A DNA stretch of 64,000 bases from a virus, in the IMG/VR virus record IMGVR_UViG_3300032238_000599, positions 64,001 to 128,000 of that record, one strand, 5' to 3'. Shown in pieces: positions 46,145 through 55,319 of the stretch. The notes under the pieces are model-generated. The model was not told the origin of the DNA and ran no database searches. It was given only the letters and a program-made list of their open reading frames with translations. Each line of letters starts with the position of its first letter. Position 1 is the stretch's first letter. Made by a program: the position numbers and the translations under genes.

Positions 46145-46768
46145 ATGAATTTATTTGGAACATTTAAACAATACCTAAGCGAAAGTAAAAAGACCTATAG
46201 CTTTAGAGTAAAAATTGCAGGTGCATTACCTGAAGGCTGTGAAAAAAACATGAAAGAATGTCTAGCTAAATTTGACTGCGCCGCAGTTAAATCAGTTAGT
46301 CGTACACCTATTCAAGAAAGTCCAATGGATTTTCCAGCATTGAAAAATTTAGAAGTGCATACTTTCGATATTGATTGTAATTACCCTTCAATTAGTCCAG
46401 CAGTTAAAGATCAAATTAGCGAAGTGTTAGGCATACCTCAAGGACGTATTGTAGTTCGTACACCACAAGAACAAGCTGAGATCGAATTAAACCAATCTCA
46501 TATGAAAGTACCGGGTGAAGGCGAAAGTTTACTTGAAAAAGATTACGAAAAAAATGATGATGCACAAAAACTAGTAGGTGAAACTCACGTAACTAGTTTC
46601 TTAAAAGAATTAGATAAAATAAATGCTGAACGAAAAGCAAAGATTGTAAAACATGAAGGCAAAGAAGAAGGCGGGATGAGTGATCCGGAATTTGAAGAGC
46701 CTAAGGATAGCAAAAAAAGCCCACTAAAAGGTTTAACTGGTAATCCAGACCCACGTAAAGGAAAATAA
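46145..46768 (+). CDS. Hypothetical protein, possible internal head protein
   Basis: 207 aa; N-terminal TFKQYLSE; charged C-terminus. Confidence 0.55.
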   Translation: MNLFGTFKQYLSESKKTYSFRVKIAGALPEGCEKNMKECLAKFDCAAVKSVSRTPIQESPMDFPALKNLEVHTFDIDCNYPSISPAVKDQISEVLGIPQGRIVVRTPQEQAEIELNQSHMKVPGEGESLLEKDYEKNDDAQKLVGETHVTSFLKELDKINAERKAKIVKHEGKEEGGMSDPEFEEPKDSKKSPLKGLTGNPDPRKGK

Positions 46769-46769
46769 A

Positions 46770-47351
46770 ATGAATTTTAATGAACTAATGACAAAATTGT
46801 CAGAAATAGAAGGGTCTGGTACTGTACCACACGATTCAACTGCTAGTCCACTATCACACGTTGATGCAGAAATTGAAGAATGTGGTATGCCAGGCATGAG
46901 CAACATGCCAAGTGGCATGATGGGCATGAGAGAAGAGCCACCAAAACAAGCTGACTCTGTTACTATGAATGTTAGCATGAATGGTAGTGGCGCAGGCGGC
47001 ATTCGTGACTTAATGTCGTTGTTAAGAAACATTGAAGATGGTGGTGCAGAAGACGCTATGCCAACAGTATTGTCAATAGATGAACCTGAGATGGGTATTG
47101 CAATAGGCGGTGATGACGAACACGAGCACGGACACGATGATCACAAAAAGCTACTTGGCGATGTGGGAGAAGAATATGCTAACGAACCAGACGAAATGTA
47201 TTCTGGAGTTAGTGCATCTGTACACAACGGTGCTGATTTGAACAGATCTAAAAGAGGATTTGCGGCAGCTCAGCCAGGTGATAATGCCATGGCAACTGAG
47301 AGCTTAAAAGCACAACTAAAAAATCTGTATACCGAAGTTAAAAACAGATAA
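46770..47351 (+). CDS. Hypothetical acidic low-complexity protein, possible prohead core/internal protein
   Basis: 193 aa, D/E/G/M-rich, ends ESLKAQLKNLYTEVK. Confidence 0.55.
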   Translation: MNFNELMTKLSEIEGSGTVPHDSTASPLSHVDAEIEECGMPGMSNMPSGMMGMREEPPKQADSVTMNVSMNGSGAGGIRDLMSLLRNIEDGGAEDAMPTVLSIDEPEMGIAIGGDDEHEHGHDDHKKLLGDVGEEYANEPDEMYSGVSASVHNGADLNRSKRGFAAAQPGDNAMATESLKAQLKNLYTEVKNR

Positions 47352-47370
47352 TTCTGCTATAAGTACGCTC

Positions 47371-47396
47371 AAAGCGGCCACCATGGCCGCTTTTTT
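47371..47396 (+). terminator. Intrinsic terminator
   Basis: AAAGCGGCCA-CCA-TGGCCGCTTT followed by TTT. Confidence 0.85.
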
Positions 47397-47400
47397 ATTG

Positions 47401-47406
47401 TAAATA
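47401..47406 (+). promoter_or_regulatory. Late promoter core TAAATA
   Basis: Immediately after the terminator, 5 nt before the terminase ATG. Confidence 0.6.
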
Positions 47407-47411
47407 GTATT

Positions 47412-49013
47412 ATGGGAAAATCATTAGACGGTGTCTTAACCAAAAAGGCACACAAACAAGAAAAGTTTACTGAGCAACAAGTTCAAGACTTGTTAATGTG
47501 TGCTGACCTCGAAACGGGATATTTGCATTTTTCTAAAAACTTTTTTTACATACAACACCCTACTAAAGGTAAAATGTTGTTTGAACCTTTTGACTATCAA
47601 GTAAGATTGTTAGACACTTATCACGGTAGTCGATTTAATGTAAACATGTTACCTCGACAAATGGGCAAGACTACTTGTGCTAGTGCTTATTTGTTATGGT
47701 ATGCTATGTTTCATCCAGACTCAACACTACTTGTTGCCGCGCACAAATACACAGGCGCACAAGAAATTATGCAACGTATTCGTTACGCATATGAAGATTG
47801 TCCTGATCATATTCGTTGCGGTGTTGTAAGTTACAACAAACAGTCAATTGAATTTGATAACGGTTCGCGTATTGTAGCACAAACAACAACGGCTAATACA
47901 GGTCGCGGTATGTCTATTACACTATTATACTGTGACGAGTTTGCGTTTGTACAACCTAACATTGCTGAAGAATTCTGGACTTCTATTTCGCCTACACTAG
48001 CAACTGGTGGACGAGCAATTATTACATCGACACCTAATAGTGACGAAGATACATTTGCACAAATCTGGAAAGATGCAAACAAACATTTTGACGAATATGG
48101 AAATGAAAGTCCTGAAGGTTTAGGCATCAACGGATTTAAAGGATTTACTTGTTCTTGGAACGAACATCCTGATAGAGATGACGAATGGGCAATTACAGAA
48201 CGTGGGCGTATTGGCGAAGAAAAGTTTCGACGTGAATATGGATGTGAATTCTTAATCTACGACGAAACACTGATTAACAGTATTAAACTTAGCGAACTGT
48301 CAGGCAGAGATCCTATCAGTCGAATGGGGCAAACTAGAATTTACAAAAAACCTGAAGCTGGAAATCTCTATCTTGTAAGTTTAGATCCTAGTCTTGGAAC
48401 TGGCGGCAACTATAGTGCTATTGAAGTTATAGAACTGCCCAGTTTTGAACAAGTGGCCGAGTGGCATCATAATATGACTCCTATACAAGGGCAAATTAAA
48501 ATCATGCGAGAAATTCTTGAGTGGATTCAAGATCATATTGGACAAGAAAACAGTAACAGCATATACTGGTCAATTGAAAATAACAACATCGGTGAAGCAG
48601 GACTTGTTTGTATTAGGGACGTAGGCGAAGAGCATTTTCCAGGCATGTTTGTAAGCGAACCAATTCGTAAAGGACATGTACGTAAATTCCGTAAGGGATT
48701 TAATACAACACATAAGAGTAAGATTTCAGCCTGTGCTAGATTGAAACATTTAATTGAACAGGGCACATTTAAAATGCACAGTAGGCCCTTAATAACTGAA
48801 TTAAAAGCCTTCATTGCACAAGGTATTACATTTAAAGCTAAAGTAGGTGAATACGACGACTTAGTCAGTGCGTTATTACTAGCTGTACGCATGAGCGCGG
48901 TGCTAGCGGACTGGGATCCACGTGTTTTTGAAACACTAAGCAGTCGAGAAGACTGGGACGAAGAAGATTATGAACCGCCGATGCCTATATTTGTTTCAAC
49001 AGGGCTAGGATAA
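47412..49013 (+). CDS. gp17: Terminase large subunit
   Basis: Walker A PRQMGKTT, Walker B LLYCDEFAF, ITSTPN, FRREYGCEF, nuclease LDPSLGTGGNYS, IENN, DDLVSA. Confidence 0.95.
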   Translation: MGKSLDGVLTKKAHKQEKFTEQQVQDLLMCADLETGYLHFSKNFFYIQHPTKGKMLFEPFDYQVRLLDTYHGSRFNVNMLPRQMGKTTCASAYLLWYAMFHPDSTLLVAAHKYTGAQEIMQRIRYAYEDCPDHIRCGVVSYNKQSIEFDNGSRIVAQTTTANTGRGMSITLLYCDEFAFVQPNIAEEFWTSISPTLATGGRAIITSTPNSDEDTFAQIWKDANKHFDEYGNESPEGLGINGFKGFTCSWNEHPDRDDEWAITERGRIGEEKFRREYGCEFLIYDETLINSIKLSELSGRDPISRMGQTRIYKKPEAGNLYLVSLDPSLGTGGNYSAIEVIELPSFEQVAEWHHNMTPIQGQIKIMREILEWIQDHIGQENSNSIYWSIENNNIGEAGLVCIRDVGEEHFPGMFVSEPIRKGHVRKFRKGFNTTHKSKISACARLKHLIEQGTFKMHSRPLITELKAFIAQGITFKAKVGEYDDLVSALLLAVRMSAVLADWDPRVFETLSSREDWDEEDYEPPMPIFVSTGLG

Positions 49014-49016
49014 ATA
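49011..49016 (+). promoter_or_regulatory. Late promoter core TAAATA
   Basis: GATAAATA overlapping the terminase stop, 4 nt before ATG 49021. Confidence 0.55.
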
Positions 49017-49020
49017 CAAC

Positions 49021-51126
49021 ATGAACGCAAATCTAGAAAACATTGCAGAAGAACTATTTGGAAAAATACGTACCCGCTTTCCTACCATTCAATTAGGGGA
49101 TGAAAAGGGCGAAGTTATTGCCAACGAAAATGATATTGGCCAAGCACGATTTTTCGAATTTGACTATGTAAAAGAAGGAATTCCTTTAGGTAGTGTAAGC
49201 ATTCAGTTAAGTGAAAAAAATGGCTTAACAGTTATGTATAGCAACGATCTAGTAGAAGGCCAAGGACAAAACCTAGTAAATGAATGGTATGGTTTCCTTA
49301 AAAGCCTTAGAGAATTTGCCAAGAAAAGATTATTAAATTTTGACACACGTGATCTTGTTAAGAGCAATCTAGACAAACGCGATTACGAATTTTTAGCCAA
49401 GACTGGAGAAGGCCAAATGACCGAAAGTAAATTATGGGGAACTAACAGAACTAGTTTCCAAGATATGGGAGAAGCTAAAATTATAGTTAAGCATAGCAAA
49501 AATGTTAACTATGATAATCCAGCTGGACGAACACTTCATATCGAAAGCATCTTTATTGAAAATGCAGAAGGTGAGCGTTTTAAATATCCATATAAGCATC
49601 TTAATGGCGCCCGTGCTCTTGCAAGACACGTTGCACACGGTGGCACACCATACGATCAAATTGGCGAACATGTTATTGGTCTAAGTGAAGAATTAAGCAA
49701 GTTACGTTTCTTTAAAGGCTATGTAAGCCGCCAAGAACAAGTAAGTGAAGCAATGGGAAATGTAACTGACAAAGTTATCGAGCGTATTGATCAAGTTAAA
49801 AAAGAAATACATCAACTACAATCAGAAAGTCATTACCAATCGTTTGTTGAAAGTTTTCAAACACAAGAAGCTCGTGCTATTCCCGAAGACATTATGAATG
49901 ACTGGGTTGATCGTTTAACTGTTCGCAGTTTTAACGAAGCTTTAAAAGATGTCTTCCCTTACATTTATAAACTAGTAGGCGAAGACGGCGTACAGGTTAA
50001 AGAACTTTCTGTCGACGACATAATTGGTGAAGCTGAAGAAGAATGTGAAGAATGCGGAATGCTTGAAAGTAAGTGTGAGTGTGATGACGAAATAGAAGAA
50101 AGTTTTGACCTAGTCCAAGAATTCGAAAATGCTATCGAACAAATTGTAAAAGAAGATGATGACTTGTTTAGTACTGACGGACAAGTTCAACAGTCTGCAA
50201 TTGATAAACTAAATCGTTTAATGGCACAAGAATTAAAAGCAGGTCCAGATGGTACTAACGCTACTATGACATTGAAAGGATTAATCGATGATTCAGAGTT
50301 TACAAAAACTCTAAAGTCATTGCCTGCAGAAACCGATATTCGTCCTTTAGTAAAAGGTTATGTTGACACTAACTATCCAGAGCTAGCAGATAAATTAAAC
50401 TTTGGAAGTGAAAGCGGTGTAGATAGCTCAAGCCCTGCAGAACCTCCAGCGCCGGCGGCAGCACCTGCTGAAGCTCCTCCAGCAGCACCAGAGGCAACGG
50501 CTGCTCCTGCTGAACAACCAGCACCTGCTACAGAAAGTACTGATCGTAAATCAAAAGGTGGTGCAAGAGAAGTTGTAGAATTTATTAAATCATTCTATGA
50601 TAGAGATCGCGGAACATTCCCTAAAGGCGAAATGGGCGTTATGATTGCTGCCAAGAAAGAATTTGGTGATCATGTTGTACCAGTAGCTAAACGTGTAATT
50701 GAAACCTTATCTACTATTGGACAACCAAAGCGTGCCGAGCATGAAGAGATGGAAGGTATTAAAAAACTAGCCGGTTTGAACCGTGGCGAAGTAGAAGAAG
50801 AAATGCCTCCTATGATAGATCCAAATGCTATGATGAAACAGCAAATGGACAGAATGCAAGGTAAGATGCCTAATCTAGATCCTGCTACTATGATGAAAAG
50901 TCAGCAAGACAGAATAGCAAACATGAAAACAAAAATGCCAACTGATGGCGGAGATAGCTATAAAGTAAATGGCAAGCCTGTTTCAAAACAAGAATACGAT
51001 GCATTTATGGCGCAACATCCAGAGCTTGCTCAGAATATGAAAGACCCAATGAACGTAGTCAAAGGCAATCCTGAGCTAGCTAGAATTAAGAAAATGGCTG
51101 GCATGAGCAACGATAACGATTGGTAA
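49021..51126 (+). CDS. Large acidic hypothetical protein, possible prohead core/internal protein
   Basis: 701 aa; E-rich; P/A linker; two E...IKK(L/M)AG(L/M) motifs; duplicated DP..MMK.Q.DR. Confidence 0.6.
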   Translation: MNANLENIAEELFGKIRTRFPTIQLGDEKGEVIANENDIGQARFFEFDYVKEGIPLGSVSIQLSEKNGLTVMYSNDLVEGQGQNLVNEWYGFLKSLREFAKKRLLNFDTRDLVKSNLDKRDYEFLAKTGEGQMTESKLWGTNRTSFQDMGEAKIIVKHSKNVNYDNPAGRTLHIESIFIENAEGERFKYPYKHLNGARALARHVAHGGTPYDQIGEHVIGLSEELSKLRFFKGYVSRQEQVSEAMGNVTDKVIERIDQVKKEIHQLQSESHYQSFVESFQTQEARAIPEDIMNDWVDRLTVRSFNEALKDVFPYIYKLVGEDGVQVKELSVDDIIGEAEEECEECGMLESKCECDDEIEESFDLVQEFENAIEQIVKEDDDLFSTDGQVQQSAIDKLNRLMAQELKAGPDGTNATMTLKGLIDDSEFTKTLKSLPAETDIRPLVKGYVDTNYPELADKLNFGSESGVDSSSPAEPPAPAAAPAEAPPAAPEATAAPAEQPAPATESTDRKSKGGAREVVEFIKSFYDRDRGTFPKGEMGVMIAAKKEFGDHVVPVAKRVIETLSTIGQPKRAEHEEMEGIKKLAGLNRGEVEEEMPPMIDPNAMMKQQMDRMQGKMPNLDPATMMKSQQDRIANMKTKMPTDGGDSYKVNGKPVSKQEYDAFMAQHPELAQNMKDPMNVVKGNPELARIKKMAGMSNDNDW

Positions 51127-51141
51127 TACTAAGGATATTTT

Positions 51142-52365
51142 ATGAACGATCAAACATTTAAAGGGTTTAAATTCTATAGAGATTTATTAAACGAAGCTCC
51201 GTACACCGGAATTGATCCAATTATACGTCAACGTTTAGGAATGCAACCTGCAACACAAGCCGAGATAGATGCATACACTAAAGCTAATCCAGGTGGATTG
51301 CGAGACAGAAATGGTAACCCTATTAGAGATGGGTCAGGACAGCCAATTCAAAGCGGTGGAACTAATGCTGTAGTAAGTGCGGCAACGCAAGCGGCACAAG
51401 CGGCAACGCCTGCTCCACAAACAGGAGATGCCGCAAACCCAATGCAAAAAGACCCAGCACAAGCGGCACAAGCGGCACAAGCGGCACAAGCGGCACAAGC
51501 CCCACAAACAGGTGCTGCCGCAAACCCAATGCAAAAAGACCCAGCACAAGCGGCACAAGCGGCACAAGCCGCCGCGCCACAAGGTTCTATTGCTACTGAT
51601 ACAACAGATCCATTAGCACCAAACAATCAGCCTAAACAACCGCCAGCTATGACAGCTTCCGATCAAGAAGATGCTGACATGGGTGCCGCAATGCGAGCTA
51701 ATCAAAATCAAGCAGGACATGATGCGGCAATTGCTAGCGGAGCACAAGATGATGCTACTGGAGTGGATGCCGCAGTTGCCGCAAATGCCGCAAAACCAGC
51801 TACTGCTGCCGGAGCAGCCGCCCAGCCAGCAAGACCAGTAACTAAGACACCTACCGCAAAAGGCGACCCAAAAATTGTTGCTTATCAAAATGAGTTAATT
51901 AAGAAAGGTGCTAAAATTAAAGCAGACGGAATTTATGGACCGGCAACTAATCAAGCCGCAACACAATTTGGTTTGCCACCTCCGGCTGGAATCAAAACTA
52001 CTGCTAATGCTGGCGGCCCAACAAAAACTCTACCAGCAGGCACGCCTCCGATGAAGAGTAAAATTGGCCAAGCTATTACAGGACAACAACCAAATATTGC
52101 AAAACCTGCCCCAACTGGTGCCGCAACACAGCCAGCAACTACCGGCACTACTAACCAATCAGTGCAAGGCAATATGAAAATGGGTAAACCAGATGGTCCT
52201 ATTACATTCAATGGTAAAGTAGTGCAACCAGGCGCACCAGAATATGCAGCCGCTTCAGATGCATTAATTAAGGCACAACAAAAATCTCAAAACATGAGAA
52301 GACCTATGGGTGCTCAACCAACTGGTGGAACAATTAGACAAGGTGCGGCAAGCACTACTTATTAA
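51142..52365 (+). CDS. Ala/Gln/Pro-rich protein with peptidoglycan-binding-like domain
   Basis: YQNELIKKG..IKADGIYGPAT..A (PG_binding_1-like DG.YGP.T); AAQ repeats; AAGGA SD. Confidence 0.6.
   Translation: MNDQTFKGFKFYRDLLNEAPYTGIDPIIRQRLGMQPATQAEIDAYTKANPGGLRDRNGNPIRDGSGQPIQSGGTNAVVSAATQAAQAATPAPQTGDAANPMQKDPAQAAQAAQAAQAAQAPQTGAAANPMQKDPAQAAQAAQAAAPQGSIATDTTDPLAPNNQPKQPPAMTASDQEDADMGAAMRANQNQAGHDAAIASGAQDDATGVDAAVAANAAKPATAAGAAAQPARPVTKTPTAKGDPKIVAYQNELIKKGAKIKADGIYGPATNQAATQFGLPPPAGIKTTANAGGPTKTLPAGTPPMKSKIGQAITGQQPNIAKPAPTGAATQPATTGTTNQSVQGNMKMGKPDGPITFNGKVVQPGAPEYAAASDALIKAQQKSQNMRRPMGAQPTGGTIRQGAASTTY
51379..51572 (+). repeat. Nested coding tandem repeat: (GCGGCACAA)n within a duplicated CCACAAACAGG...GCCGCAAACCCAATGCAAAAAGACCCAGCACAA unit
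   Basis: The unit occurs twice, followed by 4 and 2 copies of the 9-mer (AAQ) respectively. Confidence 0.9.
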
Positions 52366-52401
52366 TTGGTAAAAATAAATCAGTTTTAAGCAAGATTTCT
52401 C

Positions 52402-52430
52402 TTGCAAACATAAATAAAAGTGCGTATACT
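52402..52430 (+). promoter_or_regulatory. Sigma70-type promoter with an embedded late core upstream of gp32
   Basis: TTGCAA (52402-52407) - 17 nt - TATACT (52425-52430); TAAATA at 52411-52416. Confidence 0.65.
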
Positions 52431-52517
52431 ACGGTATATGCACTTTTTGTTTTTACATAGTGTAGAAACAATTAAAGGCAATATAAAAGGCTATTAAAAT
52501 TTATTAGGAGGCTCATT

Positions 52518-53501
52518 ATGGCATCATTAGCTGAAATTCGCGCAAAATTAAAGGAACAAGAAGGTAATCGTTCAAACAACGATGGTAACAGAACAGGTGG
52601 AGATAATTCCATTTATCCGTTCTGGAACTTAAAGGAAGGTTCCGAATCAACAGTCCGTTTTCTTCCTGACGGAAATACCGATAATACATTTTTCTGGGTA
52701 GAACGTGCAATGATCAAATTGCCTTTTGCTGGGGTCAAAGGCGAAAGTGAAAGCAAGCAGGTTATTGTTAATGTTCCTTGTATGGAAATGTACGGTGATA
52801 CTTGCCCAATCCTTTCAGAGGTTCGTGGCTGGTTTAAAGATCCAAGTCTTGAAGACATGGGTCGTAAATACTGGAAGAAACGTTCTTATATCGCTCAAGG
52901 ATTTGTTGTCGAAGACGGCCTTGCAGAAAAAGAAACACCAGAAAACCCAATTCGTCGATTCATCATCGGCCCTCAAATTTATCAACTTATCCGTGCAGGT
53001 TTGTTAGATCCAGAAATGGATGAAAGCCCGACACACTATGCCAAGGGTACTGATTTTAAATTAATCAAAACTTCAAAAGGTGGCTATGCTGATTATTCTA
53101 CATCAAAGTGGAGCCGTCGTACTCGTCCATTAGACGATGCTGAATCAGCCGCAATTGAAAAGAATGGGTTGTTTAATCTAAAAGATTACTTGCCTAAGAA
53201 ACCAGGCGAAATTGAACTCAAAGTTATCAAAGAAATGTTTGAAGCATCAGTAGATGGTGAAGCATTTGACATGGAACGTTGGGGACAATACTTCCGCCCA
53301 GCAGGTATGAGTGCCGCAACTGGCGATCCTAATTCTGTTAAAGCCGCTCCAAAAGCCGCTCCAGCAGATGATGAGTTTGATGACGAACCTCCAGCAGTAA
53401 AATCTGCTCCTGCTCCTAAAGCAGAACCAGCCGCAAAGGCTGAAGGTGGCGACAGTCGTGCCCAAGACATCTTGGCAATGATTCGTAACCGTCAAAAGTA
53501 A
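52518..53501 (+). CDS. gp32: Single-stranded DNA-binding protein (T4 gp32 family)
   Basis: VRFLPDG, CMEMYGDTCPI, YWKKRSY, DFKLIKT.KGGYADYSTSKW, acidic tail; AGGAGG SD. Confidence 0.9.
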   Translation: MASLAEIRAKLKEQEGNRSNNDGNRTGGDNSIYPFWNLKEGSESTVRFLPDGNTDNTFFWVERAMIKLPFAGVKGESESKQVIVNVPCMEMYGDTCPILSEVRGWFKDPSLEDMGRKYWKKRSYIAQGFVVEDGLAEKETPENPIRRFIIGPQIYQLIRAGLLDPEMDESPTHYAKGTDFKLIKTSKGGYADYSTSKWSRRTRPLDDAESAAIEKNGLFNLKDYLPKKPGEIELKVIKEMFEASVDGEAFDMERWGQYFRPAGMSAATGDPNSVKAAPKAAPADDEFDDEPPAVKSAPAPKAEPAAKAEGGDSRAQDILAMIRNRQK

Positions 53502-53504
53502 TTT

Positions 53505-53527
53505 AATAGGGGGCAAGTCCCCCTATT
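53505..53527 (+). other. Stable intergenic hairpin (terminator or mRNA-processing/stability element)
   Basis: AATAGGGGG-CAAGT-CCCCCTATT; no clear T tract follows. Confidence 0.55.
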
Positions 53528-53549
53528 CATCATTTAGGAGAACCCCATT

Positions 53550-54620
53550 ATGGCTACAAAAGCCTTCGATTTATCAAAATTTCGCAAGACGTTGACTAAG
53601 AGCATCGACGGTCTTAGCGTTGGATTCCAGGACCCAACTGATTGGGTTAGTACTGGAAATTATGCTCTAAATTATCTTATCAGCGGTGATTTCAATCGAG
53701 GAATTCCGCTAGGTAAGGTTACTGTATTCGCCGGTGAATCTGGTGCAGGCAAAAGTTACATTTGTTCAGGTAATCTTGTTCGCAATGCACAAGAACAAGG
53801 AATTTATGTTGTTCTAGTTGACAGCGAAAATGCTCTTGATGAAAAATGGCTACATGCTCTTAACGTAGATACCAGCGAAGACAAACTACTTAAACTTAAT
53901 ATGGCTATGATTGATGACGTTGCTAAAACTATCAACGAATTCATGAAAGAGTACAAAGTTATGCCAGAAGATTCTCGTCCTAAGGTCTTATTTGTCATAG
54001 ACTCATTGGGTATGTTGCTTACCCCTACCGATGTCAACCAGTTTGAAGCGGGAGACCTTAAAGGCGATATGGGCCGTAAACCTAAAGCATTAACAGCACT
54101 AGTTCGTAACTGTGTTAACATGTTTGGCGCGGCAAATGTTGGACTAGTTGCTACTAATCACACATACGCAAGCCAAGATATGTTTGACCCAGATGACAAA
54201 ATTAGTGGTGGTCAAGGTTTTATCTATGCATCAAGTATTGTTGTTGCTATGAAAAAGCTCAAACTTAAAGAAGACGAAGATGGTAACAAGATTTCAGAAG
54301 TAAAAGGTATTCGTGCCGCATGTAAGATCATGAAGACACGCTATGCTAAACCTTTTGAGTCAGTACAAGTTAAGATTCCTTATGAAACAGGTATGAACCC
54401 TTACAGCGGGCTAGTTGATTTGTTTGAAGCCAAAGGTTTCTTACAAAAAGATGGCAACAGACTTAAATACGCTGGGTCAGATGAGGTAAAACTTTACCGT
54501 AAAGAATGGGAAAGAAATGAGAACGGCTGTCTTGATAAAGTGATGATTGACTTTGCCGAGAATCCTATTGTACAATCTAACATCGACCTTGAAACTGGGG
54601 AAATTTTAGAACATGAATGA
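53550..54620 (+). CDS. uvsX: RecA-like recombinase UvsX
   Basis: STGNYALNYLISG, Walker A GESGAGKS, DSENAL, VIDSLG, NHTY, SGGQG. Confidence 0.92.
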   Translation: MATKAFDLSKFRKTLTKSIDGLSVGFQDPTDWVSTGNYALNYLISGDFNRGIPLGKVTVFAGESGAGKSYICSGNLVRNAQEQGIYVVLVDSENALDEKWLHALNVDTSEDKLLKLNMAMIDDVAKTINEFMKEYKVMPEDSRPKVLFVIDSLGMLLTPTDVNQFEAGDLKGDMGRKPKALTALVRNCVNMFGAANVGLVATNHTYASQDMFDPDDKISGGQGFIYASSIVVAMKKLKLKEDEDGNKISEVKGIRAACKIMKTRYAKPFESVQVKIPYETGMNPYSGLVDLFEAKGFLQKDGNRLKYAGSDEVKLYRKEWERNENGCLDKVMIDFAENPIVQSNIDLETGEILEHE

Positions 54621-54864
54621 GAATCAAATTGCCGATATTTGGATGCTATTTAAAGAGTATCTAGACAAAAAAACAATGGATGTAGTAGCAGAACGCTTTG
54701 TCGACTTGTTAGCCGACTACGGTGTTAGTGACAGTGTATTAAGTGCCGCTTCAGGTACTGATGAGGTCTTAGACGATGCTATCAGTTTTTATCTAGATGA
54801 AACTAGCGAAGAAGAAGAAGGATTTGAAGAAGATAACTGGGACTACGGCGAAGACGACGATTAA
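54613..54864 (+). CDS. Small acidic hypothetical protein
   Basis: 83 aa overlapping the uvsX stop; D/E-rich tail. Confidence 0.6.
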   Translation: MNENQIADIWMLFKEYLDKKTMDVVAERFVDLLADYGVSDSVLSAASGTDEVLDDAISFYLDETSEEEEGFEEDNWDYGEDDD

Positions 54865-54866
54865 TT

Positions 54867-55319
54867 ATGTGGTACTCAAAGATTAGTAAGGACATTTCCT
54901 ACATTCCAGATGCTGTGGAATATTTCAATGCCGAATTAGAGGACGCAAGAAGTGATGCTCGTATAACGGGAAATATAGAAAAGGCCGCGGCCAGTATGCC
55001 AGGTATTGTGGAACAACGGTTTAGTCAACTTCAAGAGATTGAAGCTATTCTTGAGTACCTCAACATTGAACTAAGACGACTACGTAGTCAACATTTTCGA
55101 AAATATTTAGAAAATTATCAACGGGCTTTGTCTTCTAGAGACTGTGAAAAGTTTGTGGAAGGCGAAGCTGACGTTGTTGACTTTGAAAAAATTATTAATG
55201 AGTTTGCCTTGCTAAGAAATCGATGGCTAGGTATTACTAAAGCACTTGATGTTAAGCAATGGCAGTTATCCAATGTGATTAAACTAAGAACTGCTGGCAT
55301 GGAAGACGCTACTTTATGA
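54867..55319 (+). CDS. uvsY: Recombination mediator UvsY
   Basis: Helical 150 aa; KYLENY.RALSSRD.EK(F/Y)VEGE, KALDVKQWQLSNVIKLRTAG; follows uvsX. Confidence 0.75.
   Translation: MWYSKISKDISYIPDAVEYFNAELEDARSDARITGNIEKAAASMPGIVEQRFSQLQEIEAILEYLNIELRRLRSQHFRKYLENYQRALSSRDCEKFVEGEADVVDFEKIINEFALLRNRWLGITKALDVKQWQLSNVIKLRTAGMEDATL

Noticed and set aside
51379-51572. Possible CRISPR array
   Set aside because: The repeats are contiguous in-frame coding units without unique spacers, and no cas genes are present.
51334-51888. Cys/Arg-, Leu/Val/Pro- and Lys/Arg/His-repeat ORFs (CRLCRL, LVPLVP, KRHKRH)
   Set aside because: These are alternative-frame readings of the 9-bp AAQ repeat in 51142..52365.
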